NCBI GenBank assembly: GCA_004431415.1
Contig: QPMI01000191.1
Location: 1 to 64,000 of the forward strand
Length of the DNA stretch: 64,000 nt
Direction: 5' to 3'
DNA from: Cyanophora paradoxa CCMP329
Taxonomy: Eukaryota > Plantae > Glaucophyta
Under the pieces are notes generated by a model. That model saw only the letters and a program-made list of their open reading frames with translations. It had not been told where the DNA came from and ran no database searches. The position numbers were made by a program, and so were the translations under genes. Below, piece by piece: positions 1 to 10,875 of the stretch. Positions within the stretch are counted from its first letter, which is position 1. Every line of letters begins with the position of its first letter.

Positions 1-529
1 GGCCATGTTGTCTGAGCTTAGTGTGTGCGATCAGCCTAGCGCTAGAAAATATTTAAAGGGCGCCCCACCTGACTTCAGCTGAGCGCTCGGGTGATTCAGG
101 TAAAACACGTGTTCAATTCGTCTCACTGGGGGGAAGGGCTTCGATCGCGGCTACGCGAATATTCGAGAGTCTAAATCTGGCGCTGGGCAGGCGACGGCGT
201 ACAGGGTGATCTCGTTTTGGCGGGATGAGCATGATTGCTGGAAGCAGTCGCCCTTGCGGCACTCCAGCGAGATGTGCGCAGCAGCCTGCAGTAGTTGAAG
301 CAGATCTCGCCGTTCTCGTCCAATCCTCTTCCATGCCTCGTACTCGAAGATGCCGAAGGTCAGGCAGCAGGTGAAGTATTGGGGGCGCACATTCTCTCGT
401 TGGCTTACGGTTAAGTGTGAGGAACCGAGGCCCGTGCCCCTCTTAAGGCCCCGGTCAGGTGAGCTTTCAGACGAAGTCAGAAAACACGCGTTCAATTTCA
501 GAGGGATACAGAGCATCAGATCAAAGGAA

Positions 530-960
530 ATCATCCTATCGTCAGGCTAAAGGGGTAGCCGCACTGCTGGTGCAGCTGATCGACCTTCATCTGGGGGGAG
601 CCATCTGCCTCCGCAAGACCCAGATGTTGCACTGATACCCCTCAAAGAATGTGTAGGCGAGGGAGCGGCCTGAGGAGAGATCGCGCGCAGAACAGGCCCA
701 TCGGGTACTTGAACATGCGTGCAGTTCAGGCGCCCGCGGAGAAGGTCACGATGTAGGCCGTCTGTCCGGTTTGGGTCTTGGCGCAGGAGACCAGGGTGAA
801 GGAGAAGCCATCGTCGGAGAGCTTCATGAGGAGGATCTTACCGGGCAGTCCTTGCAGTCGTCTACTTTGCCGTCCTTGAGAACTTCCACCTCGCGGTCAA
901 TGGGCTCGCCGATCACGCGCACGGTGTATTCTCGACGAAGAACTGGGCAACAAGGGCCAT
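530..960 (-). pseudogene. Frameshifted ORF, possibly with a SWIM-like Cys motif
   Basis: ATG at 960. Stitching frames gives MALVAQFFVE..YTVRVIGEPIDREVEVLKDGK..KILLMKLSDDGFSFTLVSCAKTQTGQTAYIVTFSAG..LNCT..MFKYPMGLFC, loosely like SWIM (YxV..CxC..GxxCxH). Needs several indels. Confidence 0.25.
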
Positions 961-1066
961 GTTGCTTGCTGGTTGCGTTGAGAGAGATTGAGAGTGTGAG
1001 GGGAACGCCGCGTGCCGCGTGCTTATAGAGGCCGTTCAGGTGAGGTTCAGGTGAGCGCTCACCTGA

Positions 1067-1190
1067 GGAGGGGGGGGGGAGAAGTGACGCGGACGCGAAA
1101 GATTCCGTCATGGGTTTTTCGTCATGGGCTGGAACTTGGACCTGGGACTCGGGCCCAAACTCTCCCGGTAAAAAAATAGATTCGAACTTG
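1067..1190 (+). repeat. Outer inverted repeat, left arm (pairs with 2476-2588)
   Basis: gattccgtcatgggtttttcgtcatgggctggaacttggac is, with one mismatch, the reverse complement of gtccaagttccagcccatgacggaaaacccatgacggaatc; similarity extends to the G-run/C-run ends. Confidence 0.85.
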
Positions 1191-1220
1191 GCGCCATTTT
1201 CTGATGCTAGTCTACCCACC

Positions 1221-1882
1221 ATGGAGCCGCCATCTCCCAGCTGGTCTCCCAGGGCGCCAAGCTCGACAAGGCCCTCAACATCTACCTTCAGCTGATCGAG
1301 CTGGCATGGCCCGAGCCAATGATTGCCCAGGCCTGCAAATCGCTCCACGTGGCGTTCGATGCGCCGTTCTCAGGTGACCGGATCAGATGACATCCTGGTC
1401 CAAGGAGGAGATAAAGGCAGACTTTGAGGCGCTTTTCTCATTTATGAGCAAGAAGTATGCCGAAATCGAAGCAGCCAAGGATGCCGAAGCCCAAGGCGGT
1501 GAAGATGCAGAAGCCCCAGAAGCCCCAGCCCAAGGCCCTGCCGCGACCAAGGCACCGAAGTTCAAGGCGCTGGGCCCCTGCAGAGGGCGAAGGCCAAGGC
1601 GGACCTGCGACCGCGTAGGCCCAAGGACATAGCCAAGGAGGCAAGCGGCCACAGGCCGGACTGGCCGGCGCCGGCGCCCTACGCTACCTCAAGCTGGACA
1701 AGAGCAACGATACCGGCTTCACCAGGAGGAGGTGGCCTGAGCCTCTCAGGTGGCTGGAGCCAAGGGAGATCAAGGCCGGAGGCGGTATCGAGCTAGCGCT
1801 AGCGCTGGGAGGCGGTGGTGGTGCAGACTTGGAGGAGCAGGCCTTGCTAGATACCATCAACTTGGGCAAGGTAGAGCTGTGA
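1221..1882 (+). pseudogene. Frameshifted hypothetical ORF of the element
   Basis: ATG 1221 preceded by ccattttctg. Coding-like pieces KLDKALNIYLQLIELAW, WSKEEIKADFEALFSFMSKKYAEIEAAK and DLEEQALLDTINLGKVEL* lie in different frames. Confidence 0.45.
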
Positions 1883-2382
1883 TATCTAGCTAGTGCTTGC
1901 TAGCGCTTGCTTAATTAATTAACCTGAAGTTACCTGACATTTACCTGAAAGGTTGCGGAGGTTGCGGACGCGTCACAATTCGTCATGGGTTTTCCGTCAT
2001 GGGCTGGAACTTGGACTCGGACTCGGCCGCAAAACTCGGCGTAAAAAAATACACGTGTTTTTGTCAAGTCTAACGTACCGACTCTGTACCCCTCTATTCG
2101 ACTTGAAGTAATTTCAAGTTGCTATGACATCATACTGAAGTTGCTATGACATTATCGTTATTCACAATCAATGAATACTTTAATGTAGTATAGAACGGTC
2201 ATAGGAGGGGTACGTCGTTCTTGTTCAAGTCTCGAACTTACCAGGAGAATTCCCGGCCGAGTCCCGAGTCCAAGTTCCAGCCCATGACGGAAAACCCATG
2301 ACGGAATTGTGACGCGTCCGCAACCTCCGCAACCTTTCAGGTAATTAATTAAGCAAGCGCTAGCGCTAGCTAGCTAGATATC
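1881..2382. repeat. Inner fold-back: arms 1881-2029 and 2254-2382 with an AT-rich ~220-bp loop
   Basis: gatatctagc..gcttgcttaattaatt..tacctgaaaggttgcggaggttgcggacgcgtcacaatt..cgtcatgggttttccgtcatgggctggaacttggactc versus its reverse complement at 2254-2382. Confidence 0.9.
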
Positions 2383-2475
2383 GATACCACCTACTTAGTA
2401 CTACTTAGTACTACTAGACACTAGGACACTAGACTCTGGGACACTAGGCATTTGGACATAGGGGTACCCCGCCGA

Positions 2476-2588
2476 GTTCAAGTCTCGAACTTACCAGGAG
2501 AATTCCGGCCGAGTCCGAGTCCAAGTTCCAGCCCATGACGGAAAACCCATGACGGAATCTTTTGCGTCGCGTCATTTCTCCCCCTCCT
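2476..2588 (-). repeat. Outer inverted repeat, right arm (also a direct repeat of 2224-2310)
   Basis: ttcaagtctcgaacttaccaggagaattcc..ggccgagtcc..gagtccaagttccagcccatgacggaaaacccatgacggaat occurs at both ~2224 and ~2477. Confidence 0.85.
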
Positions 2589-2640
2589 ACGTTCGCAATC
2601 TCCGGACGCCTCCCACAATTTTCCAAGGTACCCAGCAAGC

Positions 2641-2922
2641 ATGGACTTTACTGACTGCGCAGGTATCAAGCAGGAGCCTGAGGACCTTCTCACCGCCGCG
2701 CCTCGGCGCCCAAGCAGCGCCGCCCGTGGGCCCAAGTCCTCTGCTCCGAGCCCGAGATCCTGGCGGCTCCGGCGCGCGGGCCGGAGACCGTGGACCTGAC
2801 GCTGGAGGAGCCGGCGCGCGGCCCGCCGCGCCTGCTGATCCTTGCGCGGCGGCGGCCGCGCTCTACTACGCCGCCGGCGCCTGGGCCCGCAGCTCTCGGG
2901 CCTGGTCCGGAACCTTTTCTAA
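2641..2922 (+). CDS. Small hypothetical protein with C-terminal hydrophobic segment (frameshifted)
   Basis: MDFTDCAGIKQEPEDLL..ETVDLTLEEPARGPPRLLILA/AAAALYYAAGAW; upstream aattttccaag motif. Confidence 0.4.
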
Positions 2923-2932
2923 GTCTTGCCCA

Positions 2933-3273
2933 ATGGAGGCCCTGCTAGATCTCATGCCTTTGCGCTGCCCATCTTCTTCCTGGTGGGCCTCAGCCGCATG
3001 GAGCGCGAGGCGCGCCAGCCCGAGCGCGTCGAGCGCGGCCTCACCCCCGCAGAGCAGCGCAACCTCACCGAGTGGGACCTGGCGCTCATGGCCGGCCGCA
3101 TGCTCGACGGCAACCGGCTCGAGCCGGGCCACCGCCTCAAGCTAGAGGACGGCGGCACGGCCCTCTGGGACGGCGAGGCCTGGAAGCACGATTCGACGGG
3201 CGAGCCGATGAAGCTGCTCGCCTCCGGCAACAAGTACTGGCGCGGCGACTCGATGGAGTTCCGGCGCCCGTGA
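2933..3273 (+). CDS. Small hypothetical protein with N-terminal membrane anchor (one frameshift)
   Basis: MEALLDL/AFALPIFFLVGLSRMERE..KYWRGDSMEFRRP*; strongly GC3-biased codons; upstream cttttctaag. Confidence 0.55.
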
Positions 3274-3309
3274 TTGCTAGTGATTTTCTAGCCCTTCTAC
3301 TAGTAGAGA

Positions 3310-3591
3310 ATGCCCGACCCTCGCCCGACCCCGCCGCAGGTGCCGAGAGCGCGGGCAGCTCGGACGAGTACTCCGAGCTCACGGATCCCGACCCGACGAG
3401 CCGGCGACGCCTTCGCGACGGAGAACGAGCGCTCCCTCATGCGCGTCTACGAGGCGCTGCGCGAGGCGATCTACTGGGAGGATCCCCGCCTGGGAACCCT
3501 GATGAACTTTGCCAAGTTCGCCGAGTTCATGTTCGCTATGACCGTGCCCTTCACCCGAGTCGTGCTCTGGGATAGGAACAGGAACTGGTAA
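3310..3591 (+). CDS. Small helical hypothetical protein, virus-like
   Basis: Acidic N-terminal part (SSDEYSELTDPD in an alternate frame) then FATENERSLMRVYEALREAIYWEDPRLGTLMNFAKFAEFMF; upstream gattttctag. Confidence 0.55.
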   Translation: MPDPRPTPPQVPRARAARTSTPSSRIPTRRAGDAFATENERSLMRVYEALREAIYWEDPRLGTLMNFAKFAEFMFAMTVPFTRVVLWDRNRNW

Positions 3592-3618
3592 AGGCATTGA
3601 ATACAACAGTACAGAGCC

Positions 3619-3989
3619 CTACGAGCTAGAGCTGCTATCGCCCGAGTCCAGGCGCGCCTTCTTGGCCTTGGAGCGGCGGAGGCGGAGACGTACTGCAGGC
3701 GCAGGTTGCGCACTAGGAGCTCGCCGGCCGTGGTGCCGGCAGCCCGGGAACCGAGTCCGTGGGCAGCAGCTGTCCCTCGCGTATCGCCTTGTACGTCTTG
3801 CGCTTGTTGAATGCAACCTTCTCCGTATCCTCCGCGACCGGGACTTCCAGCGCCAGCGTGCGCTTGGCCTTCTTGACGGAGACTGCGTTCGCACGCTCCA
3901 GCTTCACTCCGGGCTCCAGGGGGTAGGGGCGACTGCGTTCGCCACCGGGTTCTCAGCGAAGGAAACACGGGGGAAGAGCCGCCGCGCAT
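3619..3989 (-). CDS. Small basic hypothetical protein (frameshifted)
   Basis: VKLERANAVSVKKAKRTLALEVPVAEDTEKVAFNKRKTYKAIREG..RLRLRRSKAKKARL; upstream attttctaaacgcta. Confidence 0.45.
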
Positions 3990-4005
3990 GGTTCGCTCGG
4001 TTTAC

Positions 4006-4332
4006 CTAGCGTTTAGAAAATAGCGCGCGAGCCTCGAGCACCAGGAGACCCGCCACAACCGCTGCGGCGATGACAACGGCCACCTTGAGCCAGTGCCAGA
4101 AGCGCTCGGCCCCGTCCGTCAGCGCGCGGCCCGCCTTGCCCGGTGCGGTGAGCGCGGAGCCCAGGGCGCCCGCCGCAATGTCGGCCCACGCGCCTCCGTC
4201 GCCGCGCAGGACGTTCTCTCGGTTCTTCGTCTCCACCGTGGCGCCAATCGCCGCGTTGATCTCGCCGAACTGCAGGCGCGGCTGGCCCTTGGGGCCGAAG
4301 GTCTTCGTGAGCAGCGCATCGAGCCAGCTCAT
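4006..4332 (-). CDS. 108-aa protein with C-terminal transmembrane helix
   Basis: Intact ORF MSWLDALLTKTFG..FWHWLKVAVVIAAAVVAGLLVLEARALFSKR; upstream gtttttcgaa. Confidence 0.65.
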   Translation of the reverse strand: MSWLDALLTKTFGPKGQPRLQFGEINAAIGATVETKNRENVLRGDGGAWADIAAGALGSALTAPGKAGRALTDGAERFWHWLKVAVVIAAAVVAGLLVLEARALFSKR

Positions 4333-4369
4333 CCTTGGCTAGCTTCCAACCGGGGTTTCGAAAAACTAT

Positions 4370-4846
4370 CTAAATGACCAGGCCGCGCAGGTACCAGACC
4401 ATCAGGAGCGAGCCGCCCAGCGCCACCAGCAGCGGCAGGTGCCCGTCCACGGCGCGCCGCATGCGGTTGTCGCACAGCTCCTGGCAGCTCAGCCGGTTGG
4501 CCTCGTCGAAGTAGGCGCTCACGGCGTAGGGGCGGCCGGCCGGCGGTGCAGCCCCCGGCCCAGGCACGGGTAGGCCTCCGCCTGGCGCCGCGCGGCCAGC
4601 GCCGCCGTCGCCGCGTGCGCCGCCTCCCTCTGCCCCGGCGCGATCGCCACGAGGGGCAGCGCCCCCACGCTCCTGCCCTTGCCCGCCCCTTGATCGTTTT
4701 CAGCGACGGCGGCGCGGGATCCGCCGCCCTCACCCTGGGCCCTCCGCCGCCGCCCCACCCTTAGCCCTCGCCGCCTCGCCGATCTTGCTGCATCGCGAAT
4801 CCGATTTGAACACGGTGCACAGCAGCTTCTCTACCGCGCTCGACAT
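4370..4846 (-). CDS. Hypothetical Cys-containing protein with C-terminal TM helix (frameshifted)
   Basis: MSSAVEKLLCTVFKSDSRCSKIG..YFDEANRLSCQELCDNRMRRAVDGHLPLLVALGGSLLMVWYLRGLVI*; upstream aattttcttc. Confidence 0.5.
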
Positions 4847-4940
4847 CTTCGAACGTGTAACGAGAATGAAGAAAATTTAAAAGGGAACGCCAACGGACTC
4901 GGAACTCGGAAAAGGGGGAGGGAGAATGAACTTTGAAAAG

Positions 4941-5126
4941 TTAGCGCCCGCGGGCGCATGCCGGCCGCCGCCTGCGAGGCGCAGCCGGGGGCGTAGAGGC
5001 TCTTGGCGGCGTAGCCAAAGCCCACGCCGATGACCGCCGAGGCCGTGGGGTGCCGCCGAGGAGCCAGGTGAGGGTCGCGGCGAGGGCTCCTAGCGAGTAG
5101 TGGGCAGGATAAGCTTCGAAGGCCAT
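4941..5126 (-). CDS. Tiny two-TM hypothetical protein (frameshifted; 3' end approximate)
   Basis: MAFEAYPAHYSLGALAATLTWLLGG/HPTASAVIGVGFGYAAKSLY; upstream tatttttctc. Confidence 0.45.
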   Translation of the reverse strand: MAFEAYPAHYSLGALAATLTWLLGGTPRPRRSSAWALATPPRASTPPAAPRRRRPACARGR

Positions 5127-5172
5127 CGCGGGACCGAATTGAGGGAGGGTTGAGAAAAATACCGCCTCGGCC

Positions 5173-6500
5173 TCAGTGGTGCAGGTGCCGGAAGCGCGCG
5201 TTGTCCTCGGCCTCCTCGCGCGCCGCCTGCTCCTCCGCCGCGTCGATCTTTGCCCGCGAGGCCTCGCGCGCCGCCCGCCTTGCGTACGAGGTGGGCACCG
5301 GCGCCCGCCGGTAGCTGTAGCCGAGGCCCTTCGCCAGCTCCACGGTCCCGTCCTCGAACGCCCGCCAGCTCTCCACGGCCTCCGCCGCGCTCATCCGCTC
5401 CGCGCGGAAGCCCGCCTCCAGCTCGGCGCGGAAGGCGGTGGCCTCCTGCAGGCGCTGGCCCAGAGGGCCTGGCGCCGCTCCTCCGCCTCGCGCGCCTGGC
5501 GCGCCGCCAGCGCCCGCCGCTCGGCCTCCTGCTGGGCCCCGAAGCCCTGGATCGCGGTGAGGACGGCGCCGGGGCCGGGGAGGGGCTGGGGCCGTCGGCG
5601 CTCGCGGAGGAGGCCGAGCTCCCGTAGCCGCTCGGGCCCGCGCCGCCGTTCGTCGGGGTACCCTGCCCTTGGATCAGGAGGGGGCGGGGGAGGGGGGTAC
5701 GGGAGGGAAGGCGGGGGGTACGCGGGCCGGACCTGGCGCGGCAGCATCTCGTCGATGCGCTGCTGGCCGGGGCGCTGCTGGGGGCCGTGGCGGGGGGCTG
5801 GGGCGGGAGGAAGGCCGGCGCCGAGTTGCGGGTGCGCTTGCCCTTGCCCTTGGTGTGGGGCTGGACGAGGAAGGGCCCGACGTCGGGCGCCGGGTCCTTG
5901 AACTGGGCGACGGGGATCGCGATCGCCTCCAGCGCCGGCTGGCTCTCGCCGAGGGAGAGCGGGCCTTGGGGACGATGCCGCGGATGTAGGTCTGCCAGAC
6001 GCCGCCGAGCTTGTAGGAGTAGGGGCGGCACCAGGAGCCGAAGCCGGCGAGGGTCTCGTCCAGCCGGCCGTTCTCGATGTCGGCGCCGACGGCGGCGGAG
6101 GTGTCCGGGCCCTCCGTGCGCGCGATGTACTCGACGATGCCCGCGACGCTCGTCATCCAGCCCTCCGTCTCCGAGCCGACGAGGAAGGTGGTGGGGTCGA
6201 CGACGCAGTGGGTGATGATGAAGCGGGTGAGGGGACAGGAGGCCGTCTCCTGCCAGAAGCCGAGGCGCTTCTCCCGCAGCCACACCGGCTCGAAGGCCTG
6301 GATGCAGGAGGCCTGGCGGCCACCTGCGGCGCGGGCGACGTTAGCGCGTACGACGTCGGGACGGGCGGGAAGGTGCGCGGCTTCGAATCCAGCGGCTCCC
6401 CGCGAAGCTGCCTGCGGCCCAGTGAGCGTGCTGCGAGCGGGAGGTGGGAGGGATTGGGCGGGCGGGCCTGCGTCCAGCGCTGAAACGTAGCTCCACTGAT
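5173..6500 (-). CDS. Larger hypothetical protein: globular N-domain, Pro-rich linker, coiled-coil C-terminus (multiple frameshifts; start uncertain)
   Basis: QAFEPVWLREKRLGFWQETASCPLTRFIITHCVVDP..YSYKLGGVWQTYIRGIVPK; PPPSLPYPPPPPPP; AVESWRAFEDGTVELAKGLGYSY..ARFRHLHH*. Confidence 0.5.
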
Positions 6501-7161
6501 GCTATCCGCGATGCGCGTAGCCCGCGACTGGCTGCGGACAAGGGAGGGCTTAGCTAGGACAAGAACGGGTGTGGGGCGCGGGGCTGGAGGCGCGGGGAGG
6601 CGAGCCGGAGCCGCCGAATCGATGCGCGGGCTTGAGAACGAGATCTAGAAGCGTGCGCAAGTCGCCGCGAACGTCGGCTCGAGTTGCGGAAGGCGCGGCG
6701 GCCAATCTCGGCACCTGCTCAGAGACCAAATGTCAGCGGACGCGGCGAATCGAGCGCGAGGTTGCGGGACATGTTCTAGGTGCTAAATGCAAGGGATAGA
6801 GCGGCAAGAGAGCGAGCTGGCACCTGCGGGATGCGGCGGAGTGCTCCGGCTCGGGCGCCATCGAGCTTTCGAAGGTCCGCGGCCGGCGCGAGCGACCCTG
6901 CGCGTGGCGGCGTGAGTGCGGCGTCGAGAGAGCTTTCCAGCGCCCAAAATCTGAGGTCCGGAGCTAGCCGTGGTGCGGAGAAAGAGGTTGCGAAGTGAGG
7001 CGCACCTCCGAATCGAAAGGAGCGAGGCGGCGGCTCTCCGGGCTGAGCGGAATGCAAGCTAGTGCCTCTGGCAAGTGCTGCAAGGAGCGCTGGCCCGGGC
7101 GCTGCGAGATGCGCTGCCCGGGCGCTTTTTTTCGGGTTGGGGTACTGTGTTTTGAGTCGAA

Positions 7162-7307
7162 ACACGTGGAGCAACCGCGTGAGCCCAAAACTTTCTGAGC
7201 TTAGGAGCAAAGGCGGTCGAGCGCTCGGCCGCGCAAGCTAGCTCCGGCGCGCTCTGCCTTCTCTCTACACGTGTCGCATTCGCGTGCGCTCAAAACTTTC
7301 TAAGCTT
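7162..7307 (+). repeat. Diverged ~41-bp direct repeat (7162-7202, 7267-7307) in the divergent intergenic region
   Basis: acacgtg..cgcgtg..caaaactttctgagctt versus acacgtg..cgcgtg..caaaactttctaagctt. Confidence 0.6.
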
Positions 7308-7464
7308 CGGTCAAGCAAGGGCTAGCGCTTCCGAAGTTCTACGCGCGCGCCTCCCCGTCCGCCGGGCCGACGGTCTGCGCGTCACATCGTCCGCTGCGCC
7401 AAGAAGGAGAGATCAAGACGGTGTCAACCGGGTCTAGTTGAGCGCTTAAGGTCGGACCAAAGCC

Positions 7465-7514
7465 TGTCCCGACCCTCCCAGATCTTTAAATTAATATCTC
7501 AGAAGGTCGAGACA
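7465..7514 (+). repeat. AT-centred palindromic element, copy upstream of the helicase
   Basis: tgtcccgaccctcccagat-ctttaaattaat-atctcagaaggtcgagaca. Confidence 0.9.
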
Positions 7515-7604
7515 GCAGTCCAGACGTCGACTATAGCTAGCCAACAGACGTCGACTAGCCTAGTAGATCTAGAATTTTCCAAGCCTAGCTATAGAGAGAC
7601 GACC

Positions 7605-10600
7605 ATGGCAACCGGACGCGTGTCTCTCGACGTCGACGCCTTCCTGGCCCGTATGCCCGGGCCCGGGGTACAGCAGATAGATCTGAGCGAGCAGGAGTGC
7701 AGCTTTTTCGTTCGATTCCCTCTCGTCGAAGTCCAGAAGGCCTGCAGCCCGACCCTGGGGACGGCTTTCTGCGTCTTCCACCCGCCCTGCATCACCCCCA
7801 GCCACTTCTCGGGTGCCGAGGATGAGACGAGCACCGCGGCAGCCTGCGCCTTTGCAACCAAGTTCGGAGGCTTCACTTTCTCTCGCCCCTTGGATAATGG
7901 ATTCAAGGCTGCCTACGTCCTACAGAGCCCGGAGGCTTGCGATCTCATGGCATGGTTCTTTGGGAGCTCGAGCGGCCTGGAGCTCGGTGTGGATGGCACG
8001 GGGGGCTACGTTCTGCGGGGGCCGGCGCCCGGGCCGCGAGCGGAGCTCCTCCCCACTCCATCCAGAAGCTCGGCGCCCCGCGCTAAGCCCATCCCGGAGC
8101 CGGGCGCTCTCCTGGATTCGAGCCCAAGCCTGCCGGCCTTGGAGCGGCTCCTGGACCGCCTGCGCAAGAACAAGGCGGTGAGGGACGAGATCTGGAAGGC
8201 GGGGGCAGAGCTGCGCGCGGACCTTGGCCTGCACGACGCCCGCCGCGTTCAGCACCTTGGAGTCGAGCCCGACGGGTCCATCACCCTCGTCCTGGGCGGG
8301 AGTCAGCCGGGGGCGCCGGCGGCTCGAATCTCCATCCAGGCGCACGGTATTGAAGTCGAGCTCGAGGGGAGGGGACCGGAGGGGAGTCGGGCAGCGTGGC
8401 ACAGACCCGCTATGTGACCGATCCCTCGCAGCCTGTCGCCTTCGACATTGCCCTCCCTCCCTCCTGATCGCGCTCGAGTCGACGGGCCTGGAGGCTTGCG
8501 TCAATGCAGTGGATGAACGCCACCTCTCGTGCAAGATCCTTACCTCCGCATTCGGGGCGCTGGAGCAGAACCCGAGATCCGCTCAGCCGCAGGTCGACGT
8601 CATCTGCTCGGGACTCAACACGGGGAAGACGCAGGCGCTGATCGATGCGTACCTGGACCCGGCCCTCGCAGGCGGCTGGCGAGTGATCCTCGTGACTTGC
8701 CGCCGGGCCTTCTCCCGCGACCTCAAGCGTCGCATTGATGCTGCGGAGTTGTCAAAGGACGCCGTGCTTTACATGGACATCAAGAAGCCACCGGAGAGCT
8801 CAAAGGGATCGCATGGCAAGTGGGGCTTCCGCCATGAGGAGTGCAGGTGCGTCGTCATCACATGGGACTCGCTGCACAAGGTGCTCGAGGACTGGGAGGG
8901 CTGGTCGACGGCGCCGCTACTGGTCGTGCTGGACGAGCTCTCCTCCCTCACGAAGCACCTCACCTCGAGCGGCACCCTCGAGCCCACCGGCCTGCACCTA
9001 GGTATGCGGTCAGTGCCTCGAAACGCGCGCTGCGTGGGCCTATGGCGCGGCGTGATGAAGGCATCGCGCATCGTGGCGATGGACGGCTTCGTTCGGTCGG
9101 TCGATCTCGCGTACCTGGCAGAGTCGGCGCAGGAGGTCGGGGCGCGCCTGGGGCTCCTGTACAACTCGCATCGCACCTGCGACTGGAAGATGCGCGTGTC
9201 AGACAGCCCGGCGCACGTCGAGGCGGACATCATGGTGCAGTGCCGACCTGGGCGCTCGCGGGCCATGATCATCGCGGAGACGCCGGCCAAGGCGATCGAG
9301 CTGCAGGAGAAGATTGCGAAGCAGGCGCTGGAGCAGCTCAGCCTGGGCGGCGCTCAGTACGTGACTCAGCTCGAGGCAGGGCCCGAGGACGGCAGCGGCG
9401 CACCGTTCACGATCGGGCTCATCGTTGGGCAGGCCAAGGAGAAGAGCGTGCGCTTCACGAACGACGGCCCAGTGCGCATCGTGTCGATCGATGTGTCTGA
9501 GGAGGGCGCGTACAAGGCCTGCGACGTGCTCATCGCAACTTCCGCGCTCGGGGCAGGCGTGGACTTTTCGGACGCGCACTTTGACAAGGTCTACGGCGTG
9601 TTCCAGGCGGAGCCCGCGCAGCTGGAGGCGGACGACATCGTGCAGCTGCTGTTTCGAGTCAGAAGGCTGCGCAAACGCAGCACGCCCGACGGGGAGCACC
9701 TGCTCGTCGCCGTGCGCAAGAACCGGACGCCCTCGGTTGCGGTCGGCGCGGCGGCTGCGCACTGGCGTGAGAGCGACGACGACGAGAGCTCGGACGACAT
9801 GCAGCGCTACCTGGACCTGAAGGCTAGCCACCGCGGGAGCCGCCGCGCCGGCATGCCCACTCGGCGCCTCGCAGTGGCAGCGCGCCTGCGGCTGATGTCG
9901 ACCTGCGCGCTGATGAACGTGCAAGTCACGGAGGATCAAAACCCGAGCGGACCGAAGCAGGAGAAGGAGCAGCGGCTGCGCGAGATCAGGAGCGTGCTGG
10001 AGGCGGGCGCGCTGGAGCCCGTCGATCTGTGGAGCACGGTGCTGGCCTGGAGGCAGTCCCGCGAGTCTCTCGCTAAGCTGGACATCGAGAAGGTTGCTTC
10101 GCTTGCTCGCACGTCGATCGCCGCGTTCCTGGCCAAGGATCCGAGCGAGCTGACCGAAGGAGACGTCGCCTGGATGTGGGATTCGTTCTACTCCATCCCG
10201 CTCACTGCCGTGGTCACGCTGGTGCTGAAGCATGGCGCGGACGTTGCCGAGATCGTGCCTACTGCTGAGCGCCTCAAGGTATCGAAGGTCGTCGCGCTGT
10301 TCAAGAAACTCTTCGGCTGGCGGGGTATGGAAAGCTCGCGGGGCGTGCTCTGTGGTCGGACGAAGCCTACGCGGCCCTGGCGTCGCCGGAGGGTCGGGAG
10401 GCGTACGCGGCTCTGCAGAGTCTGGACGAGCGCGCGCCCCGCTTCGATGCAGCGGACGGTGAGAAGAAGCGGCTCTCGCAGCAGTCTTGGCAAGTCATCA
10501 AGTACCTGCTGGAGAAGTACCTCGGAGTGAGACGCGCTTTCTCCGACGCGGACGGAGGGCAAATGGGCAGCCGAAAGCGACGCTACATCACGTGGGAGGA

Positions 10601-10724
10601 AGACATGCTCGACGACGCAGTAGAGCGCCAGGCTAAGCAGGCAAGGGCAGGCATGGCGCCAAGCTTCCCAGAGGTTTACAACGTTTTCTCCGACTGCTAT
10701 GCTCTCATTCACAGGCGCGTGTGA
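7605..10724 (+). CDS. Replication origin-binding protein (UL9-like SF2 helicase) with N-terminal degenerate Prim-Pol-like domain; frameshifts near 8400-8460 and 10350
   Basis: Walker A SGLNTGKT, motif Ia VILVTCRRAF, ITWDSLHKV, Walker B VVLDELSS, IVAMDG, motif V LIATSALGAGVDF, motif VI QLLFRVR; C-terminal QVIKYLLEKYLGV..RKRRY. The N-terminal ORF has LGVDGTGGYVLRGP. Confidence 0.85.
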
Positions 10725-10825
10725 TTGTCGGATGTCACAGTGTGGACTTCGCGAACGGGATGCGCGTGCCAGTGTGTAAATACGAACGTGCGAATTCAAG
10801 TGACGTCATGCATATGATCAATGAA

Positions 10826-10875
10826 TGTCTCGACTTTTTGAGATATTAATTTAAAGATCTGGGAGGGTCGGGACA
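10826..10875 (-). repeat. AT-centred palindromic element, inverted copy downstream of the helicase
   Basis: Reverse complement tgtcccgaccctcccagatctttaaattaatatctcaaaaagtcgagaca, near-identical to 7465-7514; a half-site gtgtcccgacc lies at ~10914. Confidence 0.9.

Noticed and set aside
7465-10875. Classical cut-and-paste TIR transposon
   Set aside because: No DDE transposase lies between the inverted copies, no TSD is visible, and the same unit recurs in tandem outside.
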